Shown piece by piece: positions 1 through 8,848 of a stretch of DNA of 64,000 nucleotides. The position numbers and the translations under genes were made by a program. Source of the DNA: an uncultured cyanobacterium (GTDB lineage: Bacteria > Cyanobacteriota > Cyanobacteriia > Cyanobacteriales > Nostocaceae); NCBI GenBank assembly GCA_963706595.1, contig OY970166.1, positions 800,001-864,000 on the forward strand, in the 5' to 3' direction. How positions within the stretch are numbered: the stretch's first letter is position 1; each line of letters starts with the position of its first letter. The notes beneath the pieces are model-generated. The model did no database searches. It was not told the origin of the DNA and saw only the letters and a program-made list of their open reading frames with translations.

Positions 1-247
1 GATGATTTGATAGATAAATATCTATGCTAAATCTCTAAATTCGCAATTTTACTAATATATACAAGCGACAAACCTAGATTTTAAACATATTAATTGACAA
101 CTAACTGTTACATCAATTAGCCCGGTAATCAAAACTCAAATAACTAATTAAATACGCAATTTCGAGAATAGTTAGGTAACGAATTTATAGTAACGATGAC
201 AATCTGATGGTAACAATGTCAGAATAAACTCTCTATCCTTATTCTGA

Positions 248-626
248 TTAGAGATTTGATTTTAAATCATTAATTATTTCTACCAATCCAATGGCATCTA
301 CCATTCCTGCTACTATGCCTAAACTTTTCTATATTTTGGATTTGGATTTCTTTTAGATTCAACATCACTACAGGATTCTCCATGAATTCTGTAGTAATTT
401 TCTCATTTCTATTTTGGTTAACAATTAATTTTTCTAAACTTTTTCTAGATTTTCATATTCCGCCTGCAATCCTCGTTTTTACCTGAAAGCTTTGCTAATT
501 GGCAGTTGTTTGGTTTTGTAAGACTAATTCTGATTAAGCCCCTTTACTTTTAATTTGCTTTAGTTCCCATGTACTACTTGGAGGCTCTTTTCTTGATGTG
601 TGACAGTCGAGGGTGCGGAATGTGGG
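248..626 (-). mobile_element. IS1634-family remnant: terminus plus frameshifted transposase N-terminus (248-365)
   Basis: Minus strand from ATG 365 reads MLNLKEIQIQNIE, then after a frameshift LGIVAGMVDAIGLVEIINDL, which resembles the IS1634 transposase N-terminus. A terminal-like motif GGGTGCGGAATGTGGG ends at 626, exactly where ISAs1 homology starts. Confidence 0.65.
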
Positions 627-1439
627 TTACACACAGTCAGTGCATGGTCAAGTGAACACCGTTTGGTCTTGGGACAAACAAAAGTCAGTGATAAATCTAA
701 TGAAATCACCGCAATTCCAGCACTGTTAGAAATGCTAGACATCTCTGGCTGCATCATTACTATTGATGCGATGGGGACTCAAAAATCGATTGCCCAGAAA
801 ATTATTGCGGCTGATGCGGATTATATTCTGAGCCTGAAAGATAATCATCCTACACTGCACCAGCAAGTTAAAGCTTGGTTTGAAACAGCCCAATCCAATG
901 GATTTAAAGATGTTGATGTGAGTAGGAATCAACGGATCGAAAAAGGACATCACCGCATCGAGAAGCGTCAGATTTACACCGTACCAGTGTCACAACTTCC
1001 TGCTCTTTATGAACAAGATTTGTGGACAGGACTCACAACAGTTGTGATGGTAGTGCGTTCGATTCAGCATTGGAATAAAACTACCCAGGAGGTGCAATTT
1101 TACATTACTAGTCTTACTAGTGATGCCCAAAAAATTGGTAGTGCAATTCGACAGCATTGGGGGATTGAAAATTCTGTTCATTGGACATTAGATGTCACTT
1201 TCAATGAGGATGAATGTCGAATTCGTTCTCTGCACAGTCCACAGAATTTTTCTTTGCTACGTCGCATTGCTCTTAATGCTTTAGAGCGAGAATCATCTTT
1301 CCGCCGCAGTATTCGCCAAAAGTCACGGCGAGCCGCTATGAATGATCAGTATATGCTTTCTGTTTTGGCCGCATCTCTCCCAAATTCAATCCTCTCCTAG
1401 AATCCGACTGTCAATAGGGTTTGAGATGCGCTAACCCTG
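627..1439 (+). mobile_element. 5'-truncated ISAs1-family (H-repeat) element; transposase pseudogene 627-1400
   Basis: ORF has ISAs1 DDE motifs (LHTVSAW, KSNEITAIP, ITIDAMGTQ, LKDNHP, EKGHHRIEKR, HWGIENSVHWTLDVTFNED). The N-terminal part, including the IDGK motif, is missing. A right-end-like ATGCGCTAACCCTG ends at 1439. Confidence 0.9.
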
Positions 1440-1723
1440 GTTATATTAATTTATCAGGTGAATTAATAATCAATCCCCAGTTTGATGCTGCTGAGATATT
1501 TGAGCAAGGTATAGCAAAAGTTAGAATTGGTAACAAGCATGAGTATATTAACTGCAAAGGTAAAAAAATTAATAATGTAGACTCTAACATCATGGTTAAA
1601 GAATTACCAAAAACACCAGTAATATATAATCCTTCACCACTGACTCCCACCAAAGAAGACACCCAAAATTCACACTTATTACATACAAGAAGACGCAAAA
1701 GAAAAAATACATCGTCAGGCTGA
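1440..1723 (+). pseudogene. C-terminal remnant of a WG-repeat (KWG) protein interrupted by ISAs1
   Basis: GYINLSGELIINPQFDAAEIFEQGIAKVRIGNKHEYINCKGK matches the WG beta-repeat consensus and begins right at the IS right end. Confidence 0.7.
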
Positions 1724-1798
1724 TCATCCCTTGTTACTTCCCCTAAAGCGCTATTCTTGTCACAATGGTGATATATCTACCTCTAACTATAAAAAACT

Positions 1799-3271
1799 AT
1801 GCTTATCCAAGAGAAAAAGCAATACAACTGGAAACCTATTATTAAAGCATTTGAGGCTGTAGTTGGGAAAAATGGTGTGGTGCAACGGCGGGAAGAACTC
1901 ATCACCTATGAGTGCGATGGCTTAACCAGTTATCGTCAACGTCCGGCTGTGGTAGTTTTGCCCAGAACAACAGAACAAATTGCCGAACTGGTGAAAATAT
2001 GCAATAAATACTCTGTAACCTTTATCGCCCGTGGTTCTGGGACTGGTTTATCTGGTGGCGCTTTACCTTCGGAAGATTCGGTTTTGATTGTCACTTCCTT
2101 AATGCGGCAAATTCTCAATGTGGATTTAGATAATCAGCGCATTGTCGTACAGCCAGGAGTGATTAATAGCTGGGTAACGCAAACCGTCAGTGGGGCGGGA
2201 TTTTATTATGCACCAGACCCTTCTAGCCAAATTATCTGCTCAATTGGGGGTAATGTGGCGGAAAACTCTGGGGGGGTGCATTGCTTAAAGTACGGTGTGA
2301 CTACTAACCACGTTTTGGGATTAAAAATTGTCACGCCTGAAGGAGACATTCTGGATTTAGGTGGACAAGTGCCGGAAATGCCTGGTTATGATTTAACAGG
2401 TGTATTTGTGGGTTCTGAAGGTACTTTAGGCATCGCTACAGAAATTACTCTGCGAATCCTCAAAAGTGCTGAATCAATTTGTGTTTTATTAGCAGATTTT
2501 ACTAGTGTAGAAGCGGCTGCGGCTAGTGTTTCTGATATTATCAGCGCCGGAATTATTCCCGGTGGGATGGAAATGATGGACAACATTAGCATCAATGCTG
2601 TTGAGGATGTTGTGGCGACAAATTGTTATCCTCGTGATGCTACGGCAATTTTATTAGTAGAAATCGATGGTTTGGATGTGGAAGTTGAGGTAAATAAACA
2701 ACGGGTGGCGGAAATTTGTAAAAAGAATGGGGCGCGGAATGTAACTTCTGCTAGTGATTTAGAAACTCGCTTAAAACTTTGGAAAGGTCGGAAGGCGGCT
2801 TTCGCTGCGGCTGGACATTTAAGCCCAGATTATTATGTTCAAGATGGGGTGATTCCTCGGACGCAATTAACTTATGTTTTGCAGGAAATTGAGGCGTTAA
2901 GTCAAAAGTTTGGTTATAAAATTGCTAATGTGTTTCACGCTGGTGATGGCAATCTCCATCCTTTAATTCTATTCGATAATGCTGTGCCGGGAGCGTTGGA
3001 AAAAGTTGAGGAAGTGGGCGGAGAAATTCTCAAGCTTTGTGTAAAGGTAGGCGGTAGTATTTCTGGTGAACATGGCATTGGTGCAGATAAAAAATGCTAT
3101 ATGCCTGATATGTTTAGTCCGGCTGATTTGGAAAGTATGCAATGGGTCAGGCAAGTTTTTAATCCCCAGGGTTTGGCAAATCCTAATAAGATTTTCCCCA
3201 CGCCTCGCACTTGTGGTGAAGCGGCAAATGCTGTCAGTATGAAGCAGTTTGCGGGGGTGGAACAATTTTAA
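1799..3271 (+). CDS. glcD: glycolate oxidase/dehydrogenase FAD-binding subunit GlcD
   Basis: Motifs RGSGTGLSGG, APDPSSQIICSIGGNVAENSGG, HAGDGNLHP, GSISGEHGIG. Confidence 0.92.
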   Translation: MLIQEKKQYNWKPIIKAFEAVVGKNGVVQRREELITYECDGLTSYRQRPAVVVLPRTTEQIAELVKICNKYSVTFIARGSGTGLSGGALPSEDSVLIVTSLMRQILNVDLDNQRIVVQPGVINSWVTQTVSGAGFYYAPDPSSQIICSIGGNVAENSGGVHCLKYGVTTNHVLGLKIVTPEGDILDLGGQVPEMPGYDLTGVFVGSEGTLGIATEITLRILKSAESICVLLADFTSVEAAAASVSDIISAGIIPGGMEMMDNISINAVEDVVATNCYPRDATAILLVEIDGLDVEVEVNKQRVAEICKKNGARNVTSASDLETRLKLWKGRKAAFAAAGHLSPDYYVQDGVIPRTQLTYVLQEIEALSQKFGYKIANVFHAGDGNLHPLILFDNAVPGALEKVEEVGGEILKLCVKVGGSISGEHGIGADKKCYMPDMFSPADLESMQWVRQVFNPQGLANPNKIFPTPRTCGEAANAVSMKQFAGVEQF

Positions 3272-3373
3272 TTTTGTGAGGTTTTTTTAAACGCAGAGGG
3301 GCGCTGAGTTTTGTTTAACGAAAAACCTGGATTGTGTTGTATACTATCGCTGGCGGATGGTATTGCAAAAAAT

Positions 3374-3781
3374 ATGGTGCGGTTTTTGGTGACGGTGATT
3401 TTGGTGGTGTTTTTGGTGGGGTGTGGTAGTGTTGGACTGTTACCAAGTACTCAGTTAGTCCAAAAGGCGATCGCACTCCAGGTTGAACAAACTCGGCAGC
3501 AACTCAATGAAAAACTGGATCTGGATTTTCAAGGTTTTGAAGTCAAAGGCTTAAAAATCCGCCAGGAACAACCTCTGACGATTGAAAGTTTACCGGCGTT
3601 TCAGGTGCGGGGAACTTACGATTTGATTTTAAATCTCCCCAAAAGACAGTTGAAACAACTGCAACAACCTTTTGAGGTTTATCTGCAAATTCAGCAAGAA
3701 GGTAAAAGTTGGCGCTTGCTAGTTCCGGCACTGGATAGCAAAGATTCTCAGAAAAGTTGGCGCAGCTATTTAATTCTCTAA
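3374..3781 (+). CDS. conserved hypothetical lipoprotein
   Basis: Hydrophobic signal peptide ending in lipobox LVGC. ATG 3374 preferred over the upstream TTG. Confidence 0.7.
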   Translation: MVRFLVTVILVVFLVGCGSVGLLPSTQLVQKAIALQVEQTRQQLNEKLDLDFQGFEVKGLKIRQEQPLTIESLPAFQVRGTYDLILNLPKRQLKQLQQPFEVYLQIQQEGKSWRLLVPALDSKDSQKSWRSYLIL

Positions 3782-3876
3782 GGTGATGTGCAGATCATCA
3801 AACTATCATACGCTTGACAGTAGAATTTTCAGCCATAGCCATGATGGAGGTAATAGTTTCTCCAGGGATTAGGCAA

Positions 3877-4650
3877 ATGAATTTCCGATTTGTGATCAAT
3901 TCTATCGTGGTAATTGTCCTAGCAGTACTTCTAGGTTTTAGCGGACTGCAATGGTTCCAAATACCTGCGGGTAGCTTCCTTGATTGGGTAATTGGTGGTG
4001 CAAGTTTTTGGTGGTTATTAGTAATTGTGACTGTACCTTGGAGTGTACATTTTCAGGCTAAGGAAGTTTTAGCAGCAGCAGCACAATCTCAGGAAAAAGA
4101 AATTCCTGTAGATGATAAACAAGTTAATTATGTCAAAGTTTTAGCCAAGCGATCGCTCTGGATAGCCATTGGTTTACACTTAATTTCAGCCGTGGGTCTT
4201 TACACTCTTGCAGCCACTGGTATCAGCGCTGTGGGATATATCAGTTCTGGTGCGGCTTTATTATTAACCGTCCTGCGTCCAGCTATCCGCGCCTATGAAT
4301 ATTTATATGCAAGGCTGATGATGATTCGCCAAGAATTTCAATATCCCCGTGAGGATGTGATGGAACTCCGCAATCGTTTTTATCAACTAGAGGATATAGT
4401 TAGACGCTTAGAAGAACAACTCAACCCACAGCTAGATTATTCACTACCTGCAAATCAACAACGCTTTACTGAACAAACGCGCACAGATTTAGCCACTTTA
4501 AATGCTAGTTTAGCAGAATTACGCGCTACAAATCAAGTAGAACATGAACGTTTGGCTAGAGAAGCCAGAAGTGCGATCGCTCAACTTTCCACCGATGGAC
4601 AATTTCTCGATCATGTCCGCGAAATCATCCGTTTTTTTAAAACAGCATGA
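3877..4650 (+). CDS. hypothetical membrane protein with C-terminal coiled coil
   Basis: About four hydrophobic segments followed by a heptad-rich helical tail. Confidence 0.7.
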   Translation: MNFRFVINSIVVIVLAVLLGFSGLQWFQIPAGSFLDWVIGGASFWWLLVIVTVPWSVHFQAKEVLAAAAQSQEKEIPVDDKQVNYVKVLAKRSLWIAIGLHLISAVGLYTLAATGISAVGYISSGAALLLTVLRPAIRAYEYLYARLMMIRQEFQYPREDVMELRNRFYQLEDIVRRLEEQLNPQLDYSLPANQQRFTEQTRTDLATLNASLAELRATNQVEHERLAREARSAIAQLSTDGQFLDHVREIIRFFKTA

Positions 4651-4667
4651 TCTTCGGTACAATCTTA

Positions 4668-4864
4668 GAGATTGTTTGAAAAGTCTAATTTATGACAGCC
4701 CTGGCGACTAGAAGTCGCGGCTATACAAACTAAACCCGCCTGCGCGGGTTAAAAATTCCACTTTTTCATTAGTCCAGGTCGGTGGACTTCCCTACGGAAA
4801 GCCGCTACGCGTCATGCCTGTGTAGTCGCGAATTATATTCGCCCAAAACTTTTCAAACATCCTC
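4668..4864. mobile_element. MITE with ~17-bp TIRs and TTA target duplication (IS5/IS1031-like ends)
   Basis: GAGATTGTTTGAAAAGT ... ACTTTTCAAACATCCTC, flanked by TTA at 4665-4667 and 4865-4867. Confidence 0.75.
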
Positions 4865-5019
4865 TTAGTCGCTAGATTGTCCCAAACGTTCCGGATTTTC
4901 TACACCCCGCAACCGATTCCAAAGCTGATAGTCTATCTGCTATATAAATACTAGACAAAGCTAGACATTTACTTCTTACGTCAAAGGGAGCATGGGAGCG
5001 GTTATCCCTCGGTAAGCTT

Positions 5020-6096
5020 TCAAGGTTTAGCCAACCTCGATAAAACTATTGCTGCGTTTAAATCTCTGTCCATTGAATGCGCACAATTTTGGCAATTGTA
5101 AACTCTTTCTGAAAGTGGCATATCTTGAATATGTCCACAATTGGAACAGGTTTTGGTCGATGGAAACCAACGGTCAGCAATGATTATTTCACAACCAAAC
5201 TTCTTAGCTTTGTATTCTAGCTGACGCTTGAATTCATAAAATCCGCAATCAGCAATTACTTGAGCTAATTTATGATTGGATAGCATCCCTGAAACATTCA
5301 AATTCTCTACTACTATCTTTGCGTGGTTTTTGCATAAGTAAGTAGTGATTTGGTGAAGGGTGTTTTTTCTCAAGTTAGCTATCTTGGCATGGTGTCTAGC
5401 TAATGTAATTTTAGCTTTATACCTATTGTTGGAACCCTTGACCTTTCTGGCGAGTTTCCTAGAAAGTCTTTTAAGTTTTCTCAGGTTAGTTTTGTAGTGT
5501 TTGGGGTTAGGAAATACTACACCTGTAGAAAGAGTAGCTAATTCTTTTACCCCAATATCCACACCTACAACTTCATACTTTTTCAGGGTTGGTTCATGCT
5601 CTTGTTCATAAGCAAAGGCGATAAACCAACTGTCAGCAGTACGAGATATAGTGATTGATTTACAAGTGGTATGCGGTAAACCTTCGTAGGTCTTTATCCA
5701 TCCAATTGTAGGCAATTTTATCGACTTGCCACCTACAGGTATAGGTTTTCCACCTGCATCAATAGTGAAAGAATCATTGTGTCCTTTCTTTTTAAAGTTA
5801 GGATAATCACTCTTGGCACTAAAAAATCTAGAGAAAGCATCCCCCAAATTGTCAAAAGAATATTGAGTTATCTTTTGACAAATACCTTTTTCTTTAATCC
5901 AATCAAACTCTGGCTTTACATGATTGTTAAAGAACTTTTTTAATATGTATTTATTGGGCTTAAATCCATCTTCGTAAAGTTGTTTCCAAGTAGCAAGACC
6001 CCAATTGTAAGTAAACCTCGCTATTCCTGCGTGTTTACTCATGATTATCTCTTGATTCTTGGTTAGTTTCAACTTTGTTTTGATGGACAAAAGCAT
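5020..6096 (-). CDS. tnpB: RNA-guided endonuclease TnpB (IS607-type)
   Basis: N-terminal HAGIARFTYNWGL, RuvC-I GVDIG, RuvC-II VVENL, Zn finger CSNC...CQNC, RuvC-III DRDLNAA. Confidence 0.93.
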   Translation of the reverse strand: MLLSIKTKLKLTKNQEIIMSKHAGIARFTYNWGLATWKQLYEDGFKPNKYILKKFFNNHVKPEFDWIKEKGICQKITQYSFDNLGDAFSRFFSAKSDYPNFKKKGHNDSFTIDAGGKPIPVGGKSIKLPTIGWIKTYEGLPHTTCKSITISRTADSWFIAFAYEQEHEPTLKKYEVVGVDIGVKELATLSTGVVFPNPKHYKTNLRKLKRLSRKLARKVKGSNNRYKAKITLARHHAKIANLRKNTLHQITTYLCKNHAKIVVENLNVSGMLSNHKLAQVIADCGFYEFKRQLEYKAKKFGCEIIIADRWFPSTKTCSNCGHIQDMPLSERVYNCQNCAHSMDRDLNAAIVLSRLAKP

Positions 6097-6125
6097 TGTT
6101 CGACCCTCAAAACTGTATTTCTTGA

Positions 6126-6248
6126 TTAGCTACAATAAACGATGTTTTTACGATGTTGCTCTGTGGGTTTTAATCCCTGAATAATCAATAAGTCGTTCTC
6201 GGTATAAAACCGATGCCCCGATGGTGTTCTTTTTGCTGGTAATTTTCC
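6126..6248 (-). pseudogene. IS607 TnpA (MerR-HTH serine recombinase) fragment
   Basis: Reads GKLPAKRTPSGHRFYTENDLLIIQGLKPTEQHRKNIVYCS*, i.e. the RTPxGHRxY HTH segment and the start of the resolvase YxR motif, truncated. Confidence 0.75.
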
Positions 6249-6586
6249 ATAATTCCTTGTTTTTGAGTTTGTGCCATGATTAATTACTCCTTCTCTTTCT
6301 AACAGTAGGCCTGACCTAAATTGAAATGCCGACTGTCAGGAGAAATAGTTGGAAAATGATTTTTTAATCACACCAGACGCAGAGGACACAGAGTTAGGAA
6401 ATTATTGAGTATTTTTTAATCAAAACTCAGCACTCAGCACTCGGTGTAAGGGCGGGTTTACTAAGGATTTTGACAAACCACAGATTGACTGCTTAAACCC
6501 GCCCCTACCCACTCAGCACTTTGCAATACTTTGGGTAGAGGTTACTGCTGAACAATACAGGGAAACTGAATTTAATGTGAGTTTGA

Positions 6587-7291
6587 TTGTGGAGTTTGTT
6601 TGTGGAGCCTATCTATGATCAATCATTCGAGGTCAGACTCCAGGATGTTGTACTTGAACCACAGGAAGAATCATATTATCCTGTCAAGTTGGTAACAGGT
6701 CTGGGTGCAACTTATTGCCGTTACTATCCGGTAAAAGATGCGGAAAAGGCGGTGATTTGGGTGGGAGGTGCTGGTGGTGGCTGGGATACACCGGCGCGCG
6801 GACTTTATCCCCGATTATGTGAGGATTTGAAAAGTGAAGCGATCGCTTCTTTAAGAATACGCTACCGTTACCCCACACAATTGGCAGATTCTGTCCTAGA
6901 TGTGCTGACAGGGCTAACTTATTTACGAGATCAGGGTATCAAATATTTAGCCCTAGTTGGTCACTCATTCGGTGGTGCGGTAGTCATTCAAGCGGCTGCA
7001 CAATCACCTCATGTTTACACTGTTGTAGCACTTGCTACTCAAACAAATGGTATAAATGCTGCACCAGAATTAGCCACACGCTGCTCATTACTGCTACTGC
7101 ATGGCATAGTTGACCAAGTACTTCCTCCTAGTTGTTCACAACAAGTTTATCAGGCAGCTTTACAACCCAAGCACATAATTCTATATCCTGATGCCAATCA
7201 TGGACTAGACGAAGTAGCCGATGAAGTTTACCACGTAGTCCGAGACTGGATTATTCAAAAGTTAAATCGCTCTTCAGTCACATTAATCTAA
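6587..7291 (+). CDS. alpha/beta hydrolase (dienelactone hydrolase-like); start possibly frameshifted
   Basis: Nucleophile motif GHSFG, LLHGIVDQ and NHGL catalytic segments. Confidence 0.8.
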   Translation: MWSLFVEPIYDQSFEVRLQDVVLEPQEESYYPVKLVTGLGATYCRYYPVKDAEKAVIWVGGAGGGWDTPARGLYPRLCEDLKSEAIASLRIRYRYPTQLADSVLDVLTGLTYLRDQGIKYLALVGHSFGGAVVIQAAAQSPHVYTVVALATQTNGINAAPELATRCSLLLLHGIVDQVLPPSCSQQVYQAALQPKHIILYPDANHGLDEVADEVYHVVRDWIIQKLNRSSVTLI

Positions 7292-7326
7292 CCCATTAAA
7301 AACTACGTTAGCGAAGCTCTTCCGAA

Positions 7327-7369
7327 CTACGAATTACGAATTACGAATTACGAATTACGAATTACGAAT
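7327..7369. repeat. STRR tract (TTACGAA)n
   Basis: About six tandem heptamers between convergent genes. Confidence 0.9.
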
Positions 7370-8721
7370 TATAAAAGCCTTGCTGACTCATATAATCTTT
7401 TCATCATTGCTAAAATTTTCGTACCATAGTCTAAATCAACTGACCAGCGCCCAGAAAGCTGATAAATTGATGGCGCAACCCCACGGGTAATAAAACGAAA
7501 TCGTGGATCTACAACTTCGTTTACCAAAGGTTCTAAACTAGCGTAAGCTTTTAAATGTTGAATATGCGCTCTCACACCAATTCTAGCACTAGAAAAAGAT
7601 GCAACTTCTGCACCACCACCGATAGAACCTAAACCAGCAAAGTTATTTTGCTCAGGTCTAACATCGCTACCAAAGCGTAAAAATCCTGTTTCTAAACACA
7701 TTTGACAGAAAGCAATATCATAGTTAACACCTTCGGCAGTACCTTCTTCTCTGTACAATTTAGGGATGTCAAGAAAAGTATTTAAAGCATTTTGATTATT
7801 GTTTCTCAGGAATAATTGTAACTCTATTTCAGAAGTATTTCCCCGTGACATAATTCTGTCAAGTTGGTCAGCACACACTAATAAATTTGAGCGTAAACTA
7901 ACTGTACGAGTTGCCGCTTCCCAACCGATAGCAACATTAAAATCTCTCAAATCTACGGCTTTGATATAAACAATTCTTTGATAACTAATCCGGTTAACAT
8001 TGGGTAACTTGGATAAATCAATTCGTAGCTGATCTACTAAATCAATAGGAATGTAAGAATTACCATTAACCAATATTCCTTGTTCAGCGTATTTCTGCCC
8101 ATTAATATTAATATTAACTGCTGGATAAGTTGGTTCCACAGGAGTTACAGAAGTTGGGTCAATTACCCGACTCCAAGATGCTAGACCATCGGCAATTCCC
8201 ACCGCAAAATCACGGCGACGATTTTGCAGCAAAGAACGATCTTCGGGATTGCTAATAAAGCCTACTTGCATTAATAAAGAAGGAATCGTGATTTGGCGAC
8301 AAAATGCCAAACTCCCCAAACCGCTATCTGTATCTGGCTTAACTCCCCGATTTGGTAACTGAGTTACACGACGCAAAAGCCCCATTAAAACCAATTCGCC
8401 ATTAGTTTTACGCTCCTGGTTGTTGGCGATATGGTAGACCCCCGCACCTCGCACAGATGGACTGCTAGCAGTATCTGCATGAATTTCTATGGCGACATCC
8501 ACCCGACGACCACGGGAATTAATCCAAGCGATAGTTTGGGCGGCGCTGAGGTCATCAGGAACTGCCAAAACATCAAAACTTCTCGCCCGTAATTCTGTTA
8601 CAATCAAATCCCGCAGCAAAATCATTTCTCTGGCTTCGCTTGTACCACCTGCGATGGAGCCAGGATCAATCCCTCTGGCTTCTCTACCTCCGTGAGCTGC
8701 TGAAATAAAAATACGTCCCAT
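7369..8721 (-). CDS. tftA: N-acetylmuramoyl-L-alanine amidase-like protein with C-terminal glucosaminidase domain (TftA-like)
   Basis: Amidase_3 N-terminus (IFISAAHGG, EIHAD) and glucosaminidase motif QMCLETGFL...QNNFAGLG. TftA identity is recalled, not searched. Confidence 0.7.
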   Translation of the reverse strand: MGRIFISAAHGGREARGIDPGSIAGGTSEAREMILLRDLIVTELRARSFDVLAVPDDLSAAQTIAWINSRGRRVDVAIEIHADTASSPSVRGAGVYHIANNQERKTNGELVLMGLLRRVTQLPNRGVKPDTDSGLGSLAFCRQITIPSLLMQVGFISNPEDRSLLQNRRRDFAVGIADGLASWSRVIDPTSVTPVEPTYPAVNININGQKYAEQGILVNGNSYIPIDLVDQLRIDLSKLPNVNRISYQRIVYIKAVDLRDFNVAIGWEAATRTVSLRSNLLVCADQLDRIMSRGNTSEIELQLFLRNNNQNALNTFLDIPKLYREEGTAEGVNYDIAFCQMCLETGFLRFGSDVRPEQNNFAGLGSIGGGAEVASFSSARIGVRAHIQHLKAYASLEPLVNEVVDPRFRFITRGVAPSIYQLSGRWSVDLDYGTKILAMMKRLYESARLL

Positions 8722-8848
8722 CCTCAGTATTTCCTCGAAAAATTAGGCTGAAGCAATTTCATACATGATTGTTGGCTTGGCAACAAGAATATAATAGCTA
8801 TGAGTGGGTAGACTCACAGCATTTATGACTACGAAGTAATGGACTAAA

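Larger units (their letters stand above)
4937..6248 (-). mobile_element. non-autonomous IS607-family element (tnpA remnant, tnpB, right end/omegaRNA region)
   Basis: A tnpA fragment precedes tnpB. The right end reads GTCTAGCTTTGTCTAGTATTTATATAGCAG with short direct repeats. No left end is seen. Confidence 0.75.

Noticed and set aside
175..216. Three GTAAC(G/A)A motifs near the window start
   Set aside because: Short, irregularly spaced, and the regulated gene lies outside the window; insufficient support.
7327..7369. Tandem repeats here and at 27111, 34302, 42019 and elsewhere as possible CRISPR arrays
   Set aside because: They are contiguous 7-nt STRR units with no unique spacers, and no cas genes are present.
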